Assembly: GCA_900767415.1 (NCBI GenBank)
Contig: CAAFYZ010000045.1
Span: forward strand, 5,777 to 69,776
DNA length: 64,000 nt
Reading direction: 5' to 3'
From: Clostridia bacterium
GTDB lineage: Bacteria > Bacillota > Clostridia > Oscillospirales > CAG-272
Shown: positions 44,009 to 53,160 of the stretch, piece after piece
How the letters are laid out: each line of letters starts with the position of its first letter
How positions within the stretch are numbered: the first letter of the stretch is position 1
Made by a program: the position numbers and the translations under genes
The notes under the pieces: generated by a model
Databases searched by the model: none
Told to the model about the DNA's origin: nothing
What the model saw: the letters and a program-made list of their open reading frames with translations, nothing else

Positions 44009-46384
44009 TTATCCGATGGTATACACCAGATTCAGGGGGGCAAGCGCGGCGGCGATCTTCTCGGTCTCGGGGGCGAGCTCCTGTTTTGTCAGGGTGCGCT
44101 CGCGCGAGAGGAAGGAGAAGCGCAGGGTCAGCGTCTCGGCGCCTTCCGTCTCGTAGGCGTCCTGCATCTTCACGTCGGAGAGAAGGGCGGGGGACGTCTC
44201 TTTTGCCGCCCGTTTTACTGCGTCGAAGTCGACGGCGGAGAGGTCGGCGCGGAAGGTCATGTCGATGTCGATCGCGGGGAACTTCGACGGTTCCGCATAG
44301 CGGATCGGCTCGGCTTTATGTTGTGAGAACTTCTGCGTGTTGATCTCGAAGAAGGCGAGATTTGCCTTTTTGTCGATCGCCTCGCGCACGGTGGGGTGCG
44401 GGACGGAGAGCGTGCCGAGCACCTCGCCGTCGATCAGAATGTCGTACACGTTCTGCGGGTGGGCATAGTCGGGGAGATTCTCTTCCGCCCGACGGAAGGT
44501 CGCATTCTTGTGGAGCAGATCGGTCGCGATCTCCGCGACGGCGTCGCGCATTCTGTAGAAGAGCGTCTCTTCGCTCTCGATGCGGGAGAAGAGGACGGCG
44601 CCGAGTTTTTTATATTCGTTGCAATAGCCGTTTTCTTTCTTCCCTTCGACGGTATGACCGATCTCGAAGATGCCGAAGGTATCGGCATAGCCGCGGTTGT
44701 CCTTCGTAAAGGAGAGGAGCGTCGGGATCATCGACACGCGCAGATACTGATGATCGGGGGTCTGGGCGTTGATGATACGGACGTTCTCGGGCGTTCTGAT
44801 GCCGAGCTCGCGGTTTTTCGCAAGGTCGGACCAGATGTAGGACTGCACCTCGTGCATACGGTAACTCTTCACGAGAAGATCCTTCATGCGATCTTCGTCC
44901 GACTTTTCTTTTTCTTTCAGAATCGGGTGCAGAGCGTTCTTTGAAGTCTTGACCTCGAAGTTGTCGTAGCCGTAAATACGGGTGATCTCTTCGATGATGT
45001 CGGCGCGGATCGTAACGTCCTTCGTCGCACGGAAGGAGGGAACTCTGACGGTGAAGACGCCCTTCTTTTTCGTAAGAGCGAAACCGAGACCCGAGAGGGT
45101 CTTCTCGATCTGCTCTTCCGAGATGTCGATGCCGGTATAGCGATCCACATACTTTTTGTCAAAGGTGAGGACGATCTCGGGATAGCGGCGCACATAGCGG
45201 TCGGTAAAGGCGGAGGTAACTTTCGCCCCCTTGTCGCAAAGGGCGAGAAGGTACAGAAAGCGCGCCGTCGCCGCGGAGCAGAGCTCGGGATCCAGCATTT
45301 TTTCATACCGCATCGACGCGTCGGTGCGGAGACCGAGGCGGGTCGTCGTCTTGCGGACGCTGACGCCGTCAAAGGTCGCGGATTCGAGAAGGAGACTGTC
45401 GGTATCGTCCCCGATCTTCGATGCGTCGCCGCCCATGACGCCGGCGATTGCCACGGGTTTGTCTTTCGAGGTGATCATCAGCATCTTGTCGTCAATCGTG
45501 CGGTCGACGCCGTCAAGCGTGCGGAATGTAAAGTTTTCTTTGAATGTCTGCACTTCGATGCGGTCTACCTTGCGGCAGTCGAAGGCGTGCATCGGCTGTC
45601 CGAGTTCCAGCATGACGTAGTTTGTCAGGTCGGCAAGGAAGTTGATGGCGCGGGAACCGCAATAGTAGAGGCGGATGCGCATATTGACGGGCGAGATTTT
45701 GCGGCGGATATTCTCCACCCGGACGGCGGTATAGCGATATACGAGGTCGGTCGCACGCACTTCGACGCCGACGGGAGGGAGCGCGTCATACGCCGCAAGA
45801 TCGGCGGAGGGGACGGGGCGGAGCGCTCTGCCCGTGATGGTGGCGAATTCCCGCGCGATGCCGTAATGTCCCCACAGGTCGGGACGGTTGGTCAGCGACT
45901 TGTTGTCCACCTCGAAGATGATGTCGTCAAGATCGTAGACGCTCTTGATGTCGGTGCCGAGTGCGATGTCATCGGTAATCTCGAAAAGTCCCGAGTGATC
46001 GTCGCTCATGCCGAGCTCGGCTTCGGAACAGCACATACCGTAGGACTTGTAACCCGCGACGGTCGCGACCTCGATCTTATGTCCCGAGACACAGCCGCCG
46101 ACGGTGGCGAAGGGGACTTTCATGCCGACGCGGACGTTCGGTGCGCCGCAGACGACGTCGAGGAGTTCTTTTCCCGTGTTGACCTTCAGCAGGTGGAGTT
46201 TTTTCGAGTCGGGGTGATTTTCGACCGAGGCAATCTCGGCGACGATGACGCCGTAGGTGTCCTCGCCTTTGACATAGATGTCTTCGACCTCGGCGGTGGA
46301 GAGCGTAAAGTTGCGGATCAGTGCCTTTCTGTCAAGCCCCGAGAGGTCGACGAAATCTCCGATCCAGTTCATGGATAAAAACAT
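44009..46384 (-). CDS. pheT: phenylalanine--tRNA ligase beta subunit
   Basis: MFLSMNWIGDFVD start, tRNA-binding domain, B3/4, B5 and FDX-ACB domain order. 791 aa. Confidence 0.95.
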   Translation of the reverse strand: MFLSMNWIGDFVDLSGLDRKALIRNFTLSTAEVEDIYVKGEDTYGVIVAEIASVENHPDSKKLHLLKVNTGKELLDVVCGAPNVRVGMKVPFATVGGCVSGHKIEVATVAGYKSYGMCCSEAELGMSDDHSGLFEITDDIALGTDIKSVYDLDDIIFEVDNKSLTNRPDLWGHYGIAREFATITGRALRPVPSADLAAYDALPPVGVEVRATDLVYRYTAVRVENIRRKISPVNMRIRLYYCGSRAINFLADLTNYVMLELGQPMHAFDCRKVDRIEVQTFKENFTFRTLDGVDRTIDDKMLMITSKDKPVAIAGVMGGDASKIGDDTDSLLLESATFDGVSVRKTTTRLGLRTDASMRYEKMLDPELCSAATARFLYLLALCDKGAKVTSAFTDRYVRRYPEIVLTFDKKYVDRYTGIDISEEQIEKTLSGLGFALTKKKGVFTVRVPSFRATKDVTIRADIIEEITRIYGYDNFEVKTSKNALHPILKEKEKSDEDRMKDLLVKSYRMHEVQSYIWSDLAKNRELGIRTPENVRIINAQTPDHQYLRVSMIPTLLSFTKDNRGYADTFGIFEIGHTVEGKKENGYCNEYKKLGAVLFSRIESEETLFYRMRDAVAEIATDLLHKNATFRRAEENLPDYAHPQNVYDILIDGEVLGTLSVPHPTVREAIDKKANLAFFEINTQKFSQHKAEPIRYAEPSKFPAIDIDMTFRADLSAVDFDAVKRAAKETSPALLSDVKMQDAYETEGAETLTLRFSFLSRERTLTKQELAPETEKIAAALAPLNLVYTIG

Positions 46385-46401
46385 CTTTCTTCTCCTTTCC
46401 G

Positions 46402-47424
46402 TCAGAGCGATTCAAACTGCGAGAGTGCTTTCAGATTCCCGCTGTTGAAGTCACGGATATCCTTGATGCCGTATTTCATCATGGCAAGACGGGTCAGACC
46501 GAGCCCGAAGGCAAAGCCCGTGTATTTTTCGGTGTCGATCCCGCCCTCTTTCAGCACGTTCGGATGGATCATGCCGCAGGGGCAGAGTTCGAGCCACCCG
46601 GAGTTTTTGCAGGAGGGACAGCCGACACCGCCGCAGATCAGACAGTTGATGTCTAGTTCAAATCCCGGTTCGGTAAAAGGGAAGAACCCGGGGCGCAGGC
46701 GCACTTTGATGTCCCGCTTGAACACTTCGGAGAGCATCGTCTTCATGAAGTAGATGAGGTTGGAGATCGAGATGTCCTCGTCGATCATCATACCTTCCAT
46801 CTGAAAGAAGGTGTTCTCGTGACAGGCGTCGGTGGATTCGTTGCGGAAGCAACGACCGGGGAAAATCGCGCGCAGGGGCGCGCCGTATTTTTTCATGATC
46901 GCGTTCTGCGCCGCGGAAGTCTGCGTTTTCAAAAGTTGCCCGTTCTCGAGATAATACGTATCCTGCATATCGCGCGCGGGGTGGTGCTTCGGGATGTTGA
47001 GTGCTTCAAAACATTCGTAGTCGTCGACGATCTCGGCGTAATCCTCAATGGTAAAGCCCATGCCGACGAACACTTCTTCCACCTCGCGGGTCGCGAGGGT
47101 GATCGGGTGATAGGAGCCGAACTCTTTTTCCGCTGTGAGGGTGGGATTGTACTTTTTCGCACGGCGGATCTCTGCGTTCAGTTTTGCCGTACGGAGCGTC
47201 TCTTTTGCCGAGGCAACGGCACCTTCCGCCTCACACTTGAATTCGTTGATGAGTTGTCCCGCACTCTTTTTGTCGGAGACGTTGCGCAGATCCTGCATCA
47301 GCTCGGCAACGTATCCTTTTTTGCCGAGGAAGCCGACGCGCACGCTTTCCAGTGCTTCTTCGTCTTTCGCGTCCGCGAGCGCGGCGCCGAGACGTCTCTT
47401 GAGTTCTTCGATTCTTTCCTTCAT
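46402..47424 (-). CDS. pheS: phenylalanine--tRNA ligase alpha subunit
   Basis: HPARDMQDTYY, class II motifs FPGRCFRNE and GFAFGLGLTRLAMMKYGI. Confidence 0.95.
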   Translation of the reverse strand: MKERIEELKRRLGAALADAKDEEALESVRVGFLGKKGYVAELMQDLRNVSDKKSAGQLINEFKCEAEGAVASAKETLRTAKLNAEIRRAKKYNPTLTAEKEFGSYHPITLATREVEEVFVGMGFTIEDYAEIVDDYECFEALNIPKHHPARDMQDTYYLENGQLLKTQTSAAQNAIMKKYGAPLRAIFPGRCFRNESTDACHENTFFQMEGMMIDEDISISNLIYFMKTMLSEVFKRDIKVRLRPGFFPFTEPGFELDINCLICGGVGCPSCKNSGWLELCPCGMIHPNVLKEGGIDTEKYTGFAFGLGLTRLAMMKYGIKDIRDFNSGNLKALSQFESL

Positions 47425-47509
47425 ACACAGTCCTCGTTCTTTCGGACAGAACCCTGTCCGGTATTCGGTCTTGCGCGTAATATAACATAATATAAAGCGA
47501 TAATAACTA

Positions 47510-47538
47510 ATTATATCCGATTTTTAGGGGTTTGTCAA
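47510..47538 (-). promoter_or_regulatory. promoter of pheST
   Basis: On the minus strand: perfect TTGACA (47538-47533, overlapping the rsmD/coaD stop codon), 17 bp, TATAAT (47515-47510). The leader is ~85 nt. Confidence 0.7.
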
Positions 47539-48692
47539 TGCTTTTCTTCCCGATTTTTCAGGAATGCGAGCACCTTTTCGGGCAGGATCCCCGAAAGGTC
47601 GCCCCCCTCGGCGAGCAGGCGTCTTGCGAGCGTGGAGGAGACGTCGCGCAACTCTTTTTCACAGGGGAGAAGGTCGGTGGTGACACCGCCGTGTTCGGCA
47701 TTCCACTCTGCCTGCTTTTCTTCGTAGGCGAGATCGGCGTCGTTCCGATAGCCCTTGATGATTTTACGAATGTGATGATCCCGCATATAGTCGATGACGA
47801 GCCCTGCGCTCTCCGTAACCAGCACGTTGTCGAGGTCGTCGGTCGCGAGCATCAGCATGGCGAGTCGGTCGGAGAGGGAAAAGAGGGGCGTTTTGTCGGG
47901 GTTGACGAACACGGTGACAAAGACCTCTTCGTATTCCGCCGCCGCACGGCGGATGATGTCCAGATGCCCGAGCGTCACGGGGTCGTACGTCCCGGGCAAA
48001 ATCACGCGTTCCTTCTTCTTTTCGCGGGACGACTCTTCGACGAGTGCTTTTTCTGTCTCGGGCACGGCAACTTCCGTCACGACGATTTCCGCCGCCCGGA
48101 CGGATTCCTCTTCCGGCTTTTCTTCTTTTTTCCCTTTCCCACGGTAAAGAAGGATTTCGATTCCCGTCTTTTTTCCGTAGCGGGTGGATTTCAGCACTTC
48201 GAAGTTGCCGGCACTCTCCGGCGTCGGAACCTCTTCGCCGCATTCCATGACGACGAGAGCGCCGGGGGCGAGAAGATCTTCCCGCACGAGACGGCAGAGT
48301 GCGTCGGTACACGCCTGCATGGCGTAGGGCGGGTCGAGGAACACGAGGTCAAAAGGCACGACCTTCCCTCCCGCCTTGCGAAGGTAATTGCGATAGTCGC
48401 TGACGAGCGTGCGGCACTTTTCCCGAAAGCCGGTGGCGGCGATATTCTTTTTGACGAGTGCTATCGCGTCCGACGACGCATCGACGAACATCGCGCTCGC
48501 CGCTCCGCGCGAGAGGGCTTCCAGTCCGAGCTGTCCGCACCCGGCGAAGAGGTCGAGTACCCGCCGCCCTTCGATGTCGAACTGGATGGAGGAGAACATC
48601 GCCTCTTTGATCCGATCCGAGGTCGGTCGCGTCGTCTCTCCTTCCAGAGTGAGAAGACGCTTTCCTTTGGCAGAACCTGTGATAATTCTCAT
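47535..48692 (-). CDS. rsmD/coaD: in-frame fusion of 16S rRNA (guanine966-N2)-methyltransferase RsmD and pantetheine-phosphate adenylyltransferase CoaD
   Basis: N-terminal half: RPTSDRIKEAMFSSI, VLDLFAGCGQLGLEALSRGA, VFLDPPY (RsmD). Next comes a K/E-rich linker (aa ~185-228). C-terminal half: LPGTYDPVTLGHLDII...ISSTLARR-like SSTLARRLL (CoaD). There is no stop codon between the halves. Confidence 0.85.
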   Translation of the reverse strand: MRIITGSAKGKRLLTLEGETTRPTSDRIKEAMFSSIQFDIEGRRVLDLFAGCGQLGLEALSRGAASAMFVDASSDAIALVKKNIAATGFREKCRTLVSDYRNYLRKAGGKVVPFDLVFLDPPYAMQACTDALCRLVREDLLAPGALVVMECGEEVPTPESAGNFEVLKSTRYGKKTGIEILLYRGKGKKEEKPEEESVRAAEIVVTEVAVPETEKALVEESSREKKKERVILPGTYDPVTLGHLDIIRRAAAEYEEVFVTVFVNPDKTPLFSLSDRLAMLMLATDDLDNVLVTESAGLVIDYMRDHHIRKIIKGYRNDADLAYEEKQAEWNAEHGGVTTDLLPCEKELRDVSSTLARRLLAEGGDLSGILPEKVLAFLKNREEKH

Positions 48693-50518
48693 GCTTTCTT
48701 CTCCTTATGAAAATAATTGTATACATTTTCCGCATCTTTTTCGGAAATTCCTTTGATTTTTGCGAGCTCTTTTGCCGTGCTTGTCTTCACTTTTGCGAGC
48801 GGCATTTCCGAAAGAAGAAGTTTTGCTTTTGCGGGGCCGATCCCCTCGATCTTCTCAAGGACAGAGTGCGTCAGGGTACGGCGTTTTGCCGCGCCCGCCG
48901 CACCGACGGCGAAGCGGTGGACCTCTTCCTGAATTTTGAAGATCAGAGCGTAGACGGGCATCTCGGTCGCGATGGAGATCTCACGCGTCCCGTCGGTCAG
49001 TGCGCGCGTTTTATGATAGTCGTCCTTCACCATGCCGAAGGTCGGGATTTCGAGATTCAGAGACGAGAGCACCTCACGTACGACTCCGACGTGCGTCGCT
49101 CCGCCGTCGATCAGGAGGACGTCGGGGGTCTCGCCGAGGGAGGCGGTGCCGTCTCCGATGTGGGAGAGACGGCGGGTGAGTGCCTCCCGCATGGAGGCGT
49201 AATCGTCCGCTCCTTCGGTGGTTTTGATGCGGAAGAGACGGTAGTCGCTTTTTTTCAGCCGCCCGTTCTCGTAGACGACCATGGAGGCGGTGATCGCCTC
49301 GTTGCCGTAATTGGAAATATCGTACGCTTCCATGCGGCGGGGGAGTTCTGGCAGACCGAGCAGTGTCGAAAGACGGGCGAGACTCTTGTCTTCCCGCTCT
49401 CCTTCGAGACGGTATTGCCTTGCCGCTTCCGCCGCGTTTTCTTCGGCGAGTTCCGCCAGTCGCTTCGCGTCCCCGCGCTCGGGCGTGCGGACGTTGACGC
49501 GGTGTTCCGCGAGCAGACAGAGGTATTCCGCGAGCAGGGAGAGCGCGTCCTCCGAGAGAGGAAAGGCGAGCAGTACCTCCCGCGGGATCCGTCCCGTCGT
49601 CTCGTAATGCGAGGCGATCAGAGAGACGGTACCGTCCTCTTCGGTCAGGGCGTCCGCACTGAGGATAAACTCGTTTTTGTTGATGAGTGCCCCGTCCCGC
49701 ACCGAGAGCAGGGAGAGGACGCTCTCCGTCTCCGAGAGGTAAAGTCCGAATACGTCGCGGTCAAAATGTTCGTCCGCGACCACTTTTTGTTTTTCTTTGA
49801 GCAGCTCCAAGGCGCGCAGACTGTCGCGCAGAGCGGCGGCACGCTCGTATTCCTCCGCCTCGGCGGCTCTCAGCATATCTTCTTCGATGACCTTCGCCGT
49901 GTCGCGGATATTGCCGTCGAGGACGGATTCCGCCCGACGGACGAGGTCGCGGTAGTCTTCGGCACTCACCTTACCGGTGCAGGGGGCGACGCACCTGCCC
50001 ATATCGCGGAGCAGGCAGGGACGCTCACGCCCGATGTCGCGGGGGAAAGAACGCTTGCACACCGCGAGGGTAAAAATCTTCGACACCGTTTCGAGGGCGG
50101 CGTGCGCGCCCGACGACCCCTGGTACGGACCGTAATAGCGCGCCCTGTCGCTCTTGCGTTCTCTCGTGACGAAGAGTTTCGGATATTCTTCGTTTGTCAC
50201 CTTGATATAAGGATAGGATTTTGCGTCTTTGAGTTTGATGTTGTATTTCGGCGAGTGTTTTTTGATCAGGACGTTCTCAAGGGTCAGTGCCTCGATCTCC
50301 GTGTGGCACAGAATGTAGTCGAAGTCCGCGACGAGCGAAACCATGCGCGCGGTCTTTTGCGTGTGATGATTGCCCGTAAAATAAGAGGTCACGCGGTTTT
50401 TGAGTTTTTTCGACTTCCCGACGTAAAGAATGACGCCGTCACGGTTCTTCATCAGATAGACACCGGGCGTCTCGGGAAGAGAATTGGCTTTGTCGCGCAG
50501 GCGTTCAAGCGTTGTCAT
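48689..50518 (-). CDS. uvrC: excinuclease ABC subunit C
   Basis: GIY-YIG PGVYLMKNRDGVILYVGKSKKLKNRVTSYF, UVR domain, C-terminal (HhH)2 IEGIGPAKAKLL. Start at ATG 50518 (AAAGGAG upstream). Confidence 0.95.
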   Translation of the reverse strand: MTTLERLRDKANSLPETPGVYLMKNRDGVILYVGKSKKLKNRVTSYFTGNHHTQKTARMVSLVADFDYILCHTEIEALTLENVLIKKHSPKYNIKLKDAKSYPYIKVTNEEYPKLFVTRERKSDRARYYGPYQGSSGAHAALETVSKIFTLAVCKRSFPRDIGRERPCLLRDMGRCVAPCTGKVSAEDYRDLVRRAESVLDGNIRDTAKVIEEDMLRAAEAEEYERAAALRDSLRALELLKEKQKVVADEHFDRDVFGLYLSETESVLSLLSVRDGALINKNEFILSADALTEEDGTVSLIASHYETTGRIPREVLLAFPLSEDALSLLAEYLCLLAEHRVNVRTPERGDAKRLAELAEENAAEAARQYRLEGEREDKSLARLSTLLGLPELPRRMEAYDISNYGNEAITASMVVYENGRLKKSDYRLFRIKTTEGADDYASMREALTRRLSHIGDGTASLGETPDVLLIDGGATHVGVVREVLSSLNLEIPTFGMVKDDYHKTRALTDGTREISIATEMPVYALIFKIQEEVHRFAVGAAGAAKRRTLTHSVLEKIEGIGPAKAKLLLSEMPLAKVKTSTAKELAKIKGISEKDAENVYNYFHKEKKA

Positions 50519-50550
50519 GGCGGCTCCTTTCTGCAAAAGCGGAATTCAGA

Positions 50551-50616
50551 GAAACGGGGCGTCACTCTCCCGAGAACGCAAAAATCGCGTTCTCCTCACG
50601 AGTGACGCCCCGTTTC
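50551..50616 (-). terminator. very long (about 25 bp paired) hairpin between ptsH and uvrC; terminator/attenuator candidate
   Basis: GAAACGGGGCGTCACTC...GAGAACGC-gattttt-GCGTTCTC...GAGTGACGCCCCGTTTC followed by TCTCTG (weak U-tract). Confidence 0.55.
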
Positions 50617-50638
50617 CGTATGTGACGCCGGTCGAGGG

Positions 50639-50905
50639 TCACATGTCGGCAAAACCGCCGTCGATCAATGTGGCAAGCCCGTTGACGGCATCTGCCTCAT
50701 CGGGTCCGTCTGCCATCAGAGTGACGGTCGTCCCCTTCACAATACCGAGCGAGAGAACGCCGAGCAAACTTTTGGCATTGACGCGGCAATCTTCTTTTTC
50801 CACCCAGACGGAACTCTTGTAGGAATTCGCTTTCTGGACAAAGAAGGTGGCGGGTCTGGCGTGCAGCCCCACGCTGTTCTGAATGCTCACATTGCGAGAA
50901 ATCAT
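50639..50905 (-). CDS. ptsH: phosphocarrier protein HPr
   Basis: Active-site GLHARPA (His15) and the regulatory Ser46 context NAKSLLGVLSLG. 88 aa. AAGGAG RBS. Confidence 0.9.
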   Translation of the reverse strand: MISRNVSIQNSVGLHARPATFFVQKANSYKSSVWVEKEDCRVNAKSLLGVLSLGIVKGTTVTLMADGPDEADAVNGLATLIDGGFADM

Positions 50906-50938
50906 AGTTTTCGCTCCTTAGCCGTTTTCAATACAATC

Positions 50939-50967
50939 AGTATACCAAATTGTGAAAAAAAAATCAA
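50939..50967 (-). promoter_or_regulatory. promoter of ptsH
   Basis: On the minus strand: TTGATT (50967-50962), 17 bp, TATACT (50944-50939). Confidence 0.65.
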
Positions 50968-51067
50968 TACTTTTTCCGAAAAAAACGCACCCGACGCGCA
51001 AAATCAGACAAAACTGCCGTTTTCCGCCTCTTTTTTCGTGAAAAAACAGGAAAAACGCACAAAGACG

Positions 51068-51179
51068 CCCCACCGAAGAAAAAAGAGAAAAAATCGGCGC
51101 ACGGGAAAGTCGGACGGCAGAATTTTCCGCTTTCCGAACGCTTTTTCGGCGAAAAACCCCACCGCAAAAAGAGAAAAAC
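51068..51179. repeat. imperfect direct repeat in the ptsH upstream spacer
   Basis: CCCCACCG-aag-AAAAAAGAGAAAAAA at 51068-51094 and CCCCACCG-c-AAAAAGAGAAAAA at 51157-51179, 89 nt apart. Confidence 0.6.
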
Positions 51180-51189
51180 GGGAAGCCGG

Positions 51190-51227
51190 CAAGCAAAAAA
51201 GCAACGACAAGCGGCGGCATCGCCGCC
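51190..51227 (-). terminator. intrinsic terminator after the 51268-53136 gene
   Basis: Minus strand: GCGGCG-atgc-CGCCGC followed by TTGTCGTTGCTTTTTT. Confidence 0.6.
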
Positions 51228-51267
51228 TCCGTCTTTTTGCATAAACCACAAAAATGTAAAGAATACT

Positions 51268-53136
51268 TTACAAAAACTTATCCGAGATTAAAATATCGGC
51301 GACCGACGCGTCCGCACTGCGGTCATCGCCGTAGTAGATCAGTCGCTCGTCTCTGTCCTGCTTCGCAAGGCGGAGGGTCGCCGACCCGATGCCGAAGAGG
51401 ACGAAGAAGAGGTAGATCGTCACGGGATTCGCGAAAATATTTTCCGTCATACCGTAGACGAGGAGAGCGACCGACGCCACCGACACCGCGACGGCGTGCG
51501 TACCGACCGAGGACGAGGGGAGATAGCGGGCGTAGAAAGAAAGGTGATGCGCTCTGACGATGAGAAGGAAGAGGAAAAACAGAAGAGCGATTCCGCCCGC
51601 CTCGCACCCGATCTCAAGGAAGAGGTTGCCGGCGTCCGTCGCCGTGACCCCTGCGGGGAGATAGGACGAGAGCGCATCGCGCAGAGCGTCTTCTCCGATC
51701 CCCGTGCCGAGGAAGGGGTGATCGCGAAAGAGTGCGAGCGCGGCTTTGATATTCGCCTGTGCCGTCGCCGCACGGTCCGCTCCCGAAAGCAGGAAGGAAA
51801 GACACCACGAGCGCGCCGCGGAGGGGAGAAGGAAGATCCCGTAGGGCAAAAGGACGAGCAGAGCGAGGAAGACACCCGGGGCGCGCCGCACCGTTTTCAG
51901 CACGGCGTAAGCGGCAAGGGCAAACAGAAGAGCAAGGCACGCGCCGCGCTCCCCCGTAAAACAGAGTGCCGTGCCCTGCAACAGGGCGAGAAACAGGCAG
52001 GAGACACGCAGGGAAACGGGACGCTGGCGGTCGAGTGCGCGGGAGACGGTCAGAATGATGACGGCGAGCAGATAGACGGCGAAGACGTCGGGGGTCTCAA
52101 ACGTACCGGTCACATGACCGTCGACAAGACCGGAGATCTCCCGCCCGAAGAGAGGATAAGATTCTTTCCCCGCCGCGATCTGAAAGACGGCGAAAAGAGA
52201 GATGGGAAAAGACGCATAAATCAGCGCGTGGAAGACACCGTCGACGAGGCGCCGGTTCGCGATCAGATTGCCGGCGAAAGTATAGCCGAACAGAAGGAGG
52301 ACGACGTACCATGCCGCCCGGAAGGCAGGAAGACCCGCGGCGGCACCGCCGATCAGCACAAACAAAGCGAACAGGGTAAGGACGCTGTCATACTGTTCGA
52401 GCGAGAGAACGCGGTTGCCTCTTGCGACCTTTCTGAAAAAGGAGAGAAGACCGCAGAGGACGAGAGCCGTGAGGGTGATCGACGGATCTTTCAGCATCGG
52501 GAGATACGGGAGAAGAATCAGAGTGAGGAAGAAGGGAAATTCCGGTGCCGAAAGGGCAAGGAAGAAGAAGAGGAGAGCCGGCGGCAACAGCAGAGCGTGC
52601 GGCATGGAGACGAAAAATCCGAAGAGCGCAACCCCTGCGCCGCAGAAGGCGGAGATGGTGCCGGGCAGTGACGGTACCGCCTCTGCCGGGTGCATACGGC
52701 GCAGACAGAAAAATTCAAAAAACAAAGAGTCCGTCAGACGGATATTCTGCAGGACGAGGCAGAGCGGACGCCCGCTTAAAAGGAGCGGGATCGCAAGCAA
52801 GGAGACGACAGCCCCCGAAAGAAGAGGAAAAAAGACGTCGGCGCCTTCGACCGAATAGTATTTTGAAAAGTTGAGAAGTAGCGTCAGAAGACCGAACGAA
52901 AGAAGATACAGCCCGACGGAACGGCACGAAATGTAAACTATTGATTGCAAAAAGTCGTGAACCGACTGTAAAATGCGATTATTTTTTCGCGAGTGGCGTC
53001 GGCGGAAGAGTGTGATACCGCTGATCTTCTTTGCGTAAAATTTTCTGCCGAGCAGACGCGCCGTCCGCGCGTCGGAGAGGGTAGGGTCTACCGGTTCATA
53101 ACCGAGAAACAGGCGTCTCGCAAGAGAGGACTTCAT
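51268..53136 (-). CDS. O-antigen ligase/polymerase-like polytopic membrane protein (second paralogue-like gene in window)
   Basis: Many TM helices. FTGERGACLALLFALAAY and FLGTGIG...DAGNLFLEIGCEAGGIALLFFLF resemble the Wzy_C core. Confidence 0.55.
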   Translation of the reverse strand: MKSSLARRLFLGYEPVDPTLSDARTARLLGRKFYAKKISGITLFRRRHSRKNNRILQSVHDFLQSIVYISCRSVGLYLLSFGLLTLLLNFSKYYSVEGADVFFPLLSGAVVSLLAIPLLLSGRPLCLVLQNIRLTDSLFFEFFCLRRMHPAEAVPSLPGTISAFCGAGVALFGFFVSMPHALLLPPALLFFFLALSAPEFPFFLTLILLPYLPMLKDPSITLTALVLCGLLSFFRKVARGNRVLSLEQYDSVLTLFALFVLIGGAAAGLPAFRAAWYVVLLLFGYTFAGNLIANRRLVDGVFHALIYASFPISLFAVFQIAAGKESYPLFGREISGLVDGHVTGTFETPDVFAVYLLAVIILTVSRALDRQRPVSLRVSCLFLALLQGTALCFTGERGACLALLFALAAYAVLKTVRRAPGVFLALLVLLPYGIFLLPSAARSWCLSFLLSGADRAATAQANIKAALALFRDHPFLGTGIGEDALRDALSSYLPAGVTATDAGNLFLEIGCEAGGIALLFFLFLLIVRAHHLSFYARYLPSSSVGTHAVAVSVASVALLVYGMTENIFANPVTIYLFFVLFGIGSATLRLAKQDRDERLIYYGDDRSADASVADILISDKFL

Positions 53137-53160
53137 ACGCCGCCTCCTTTCTTAATCGTT

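Noticed and set aside
50918-51251. Several overlapping 80-127-aa ORFs on both strands in the ptsH upstream spacer.
   Set aside because: They derive from A/T homopolymer runs (poly-K/F/E translations), overlap one another, and have no RBS.
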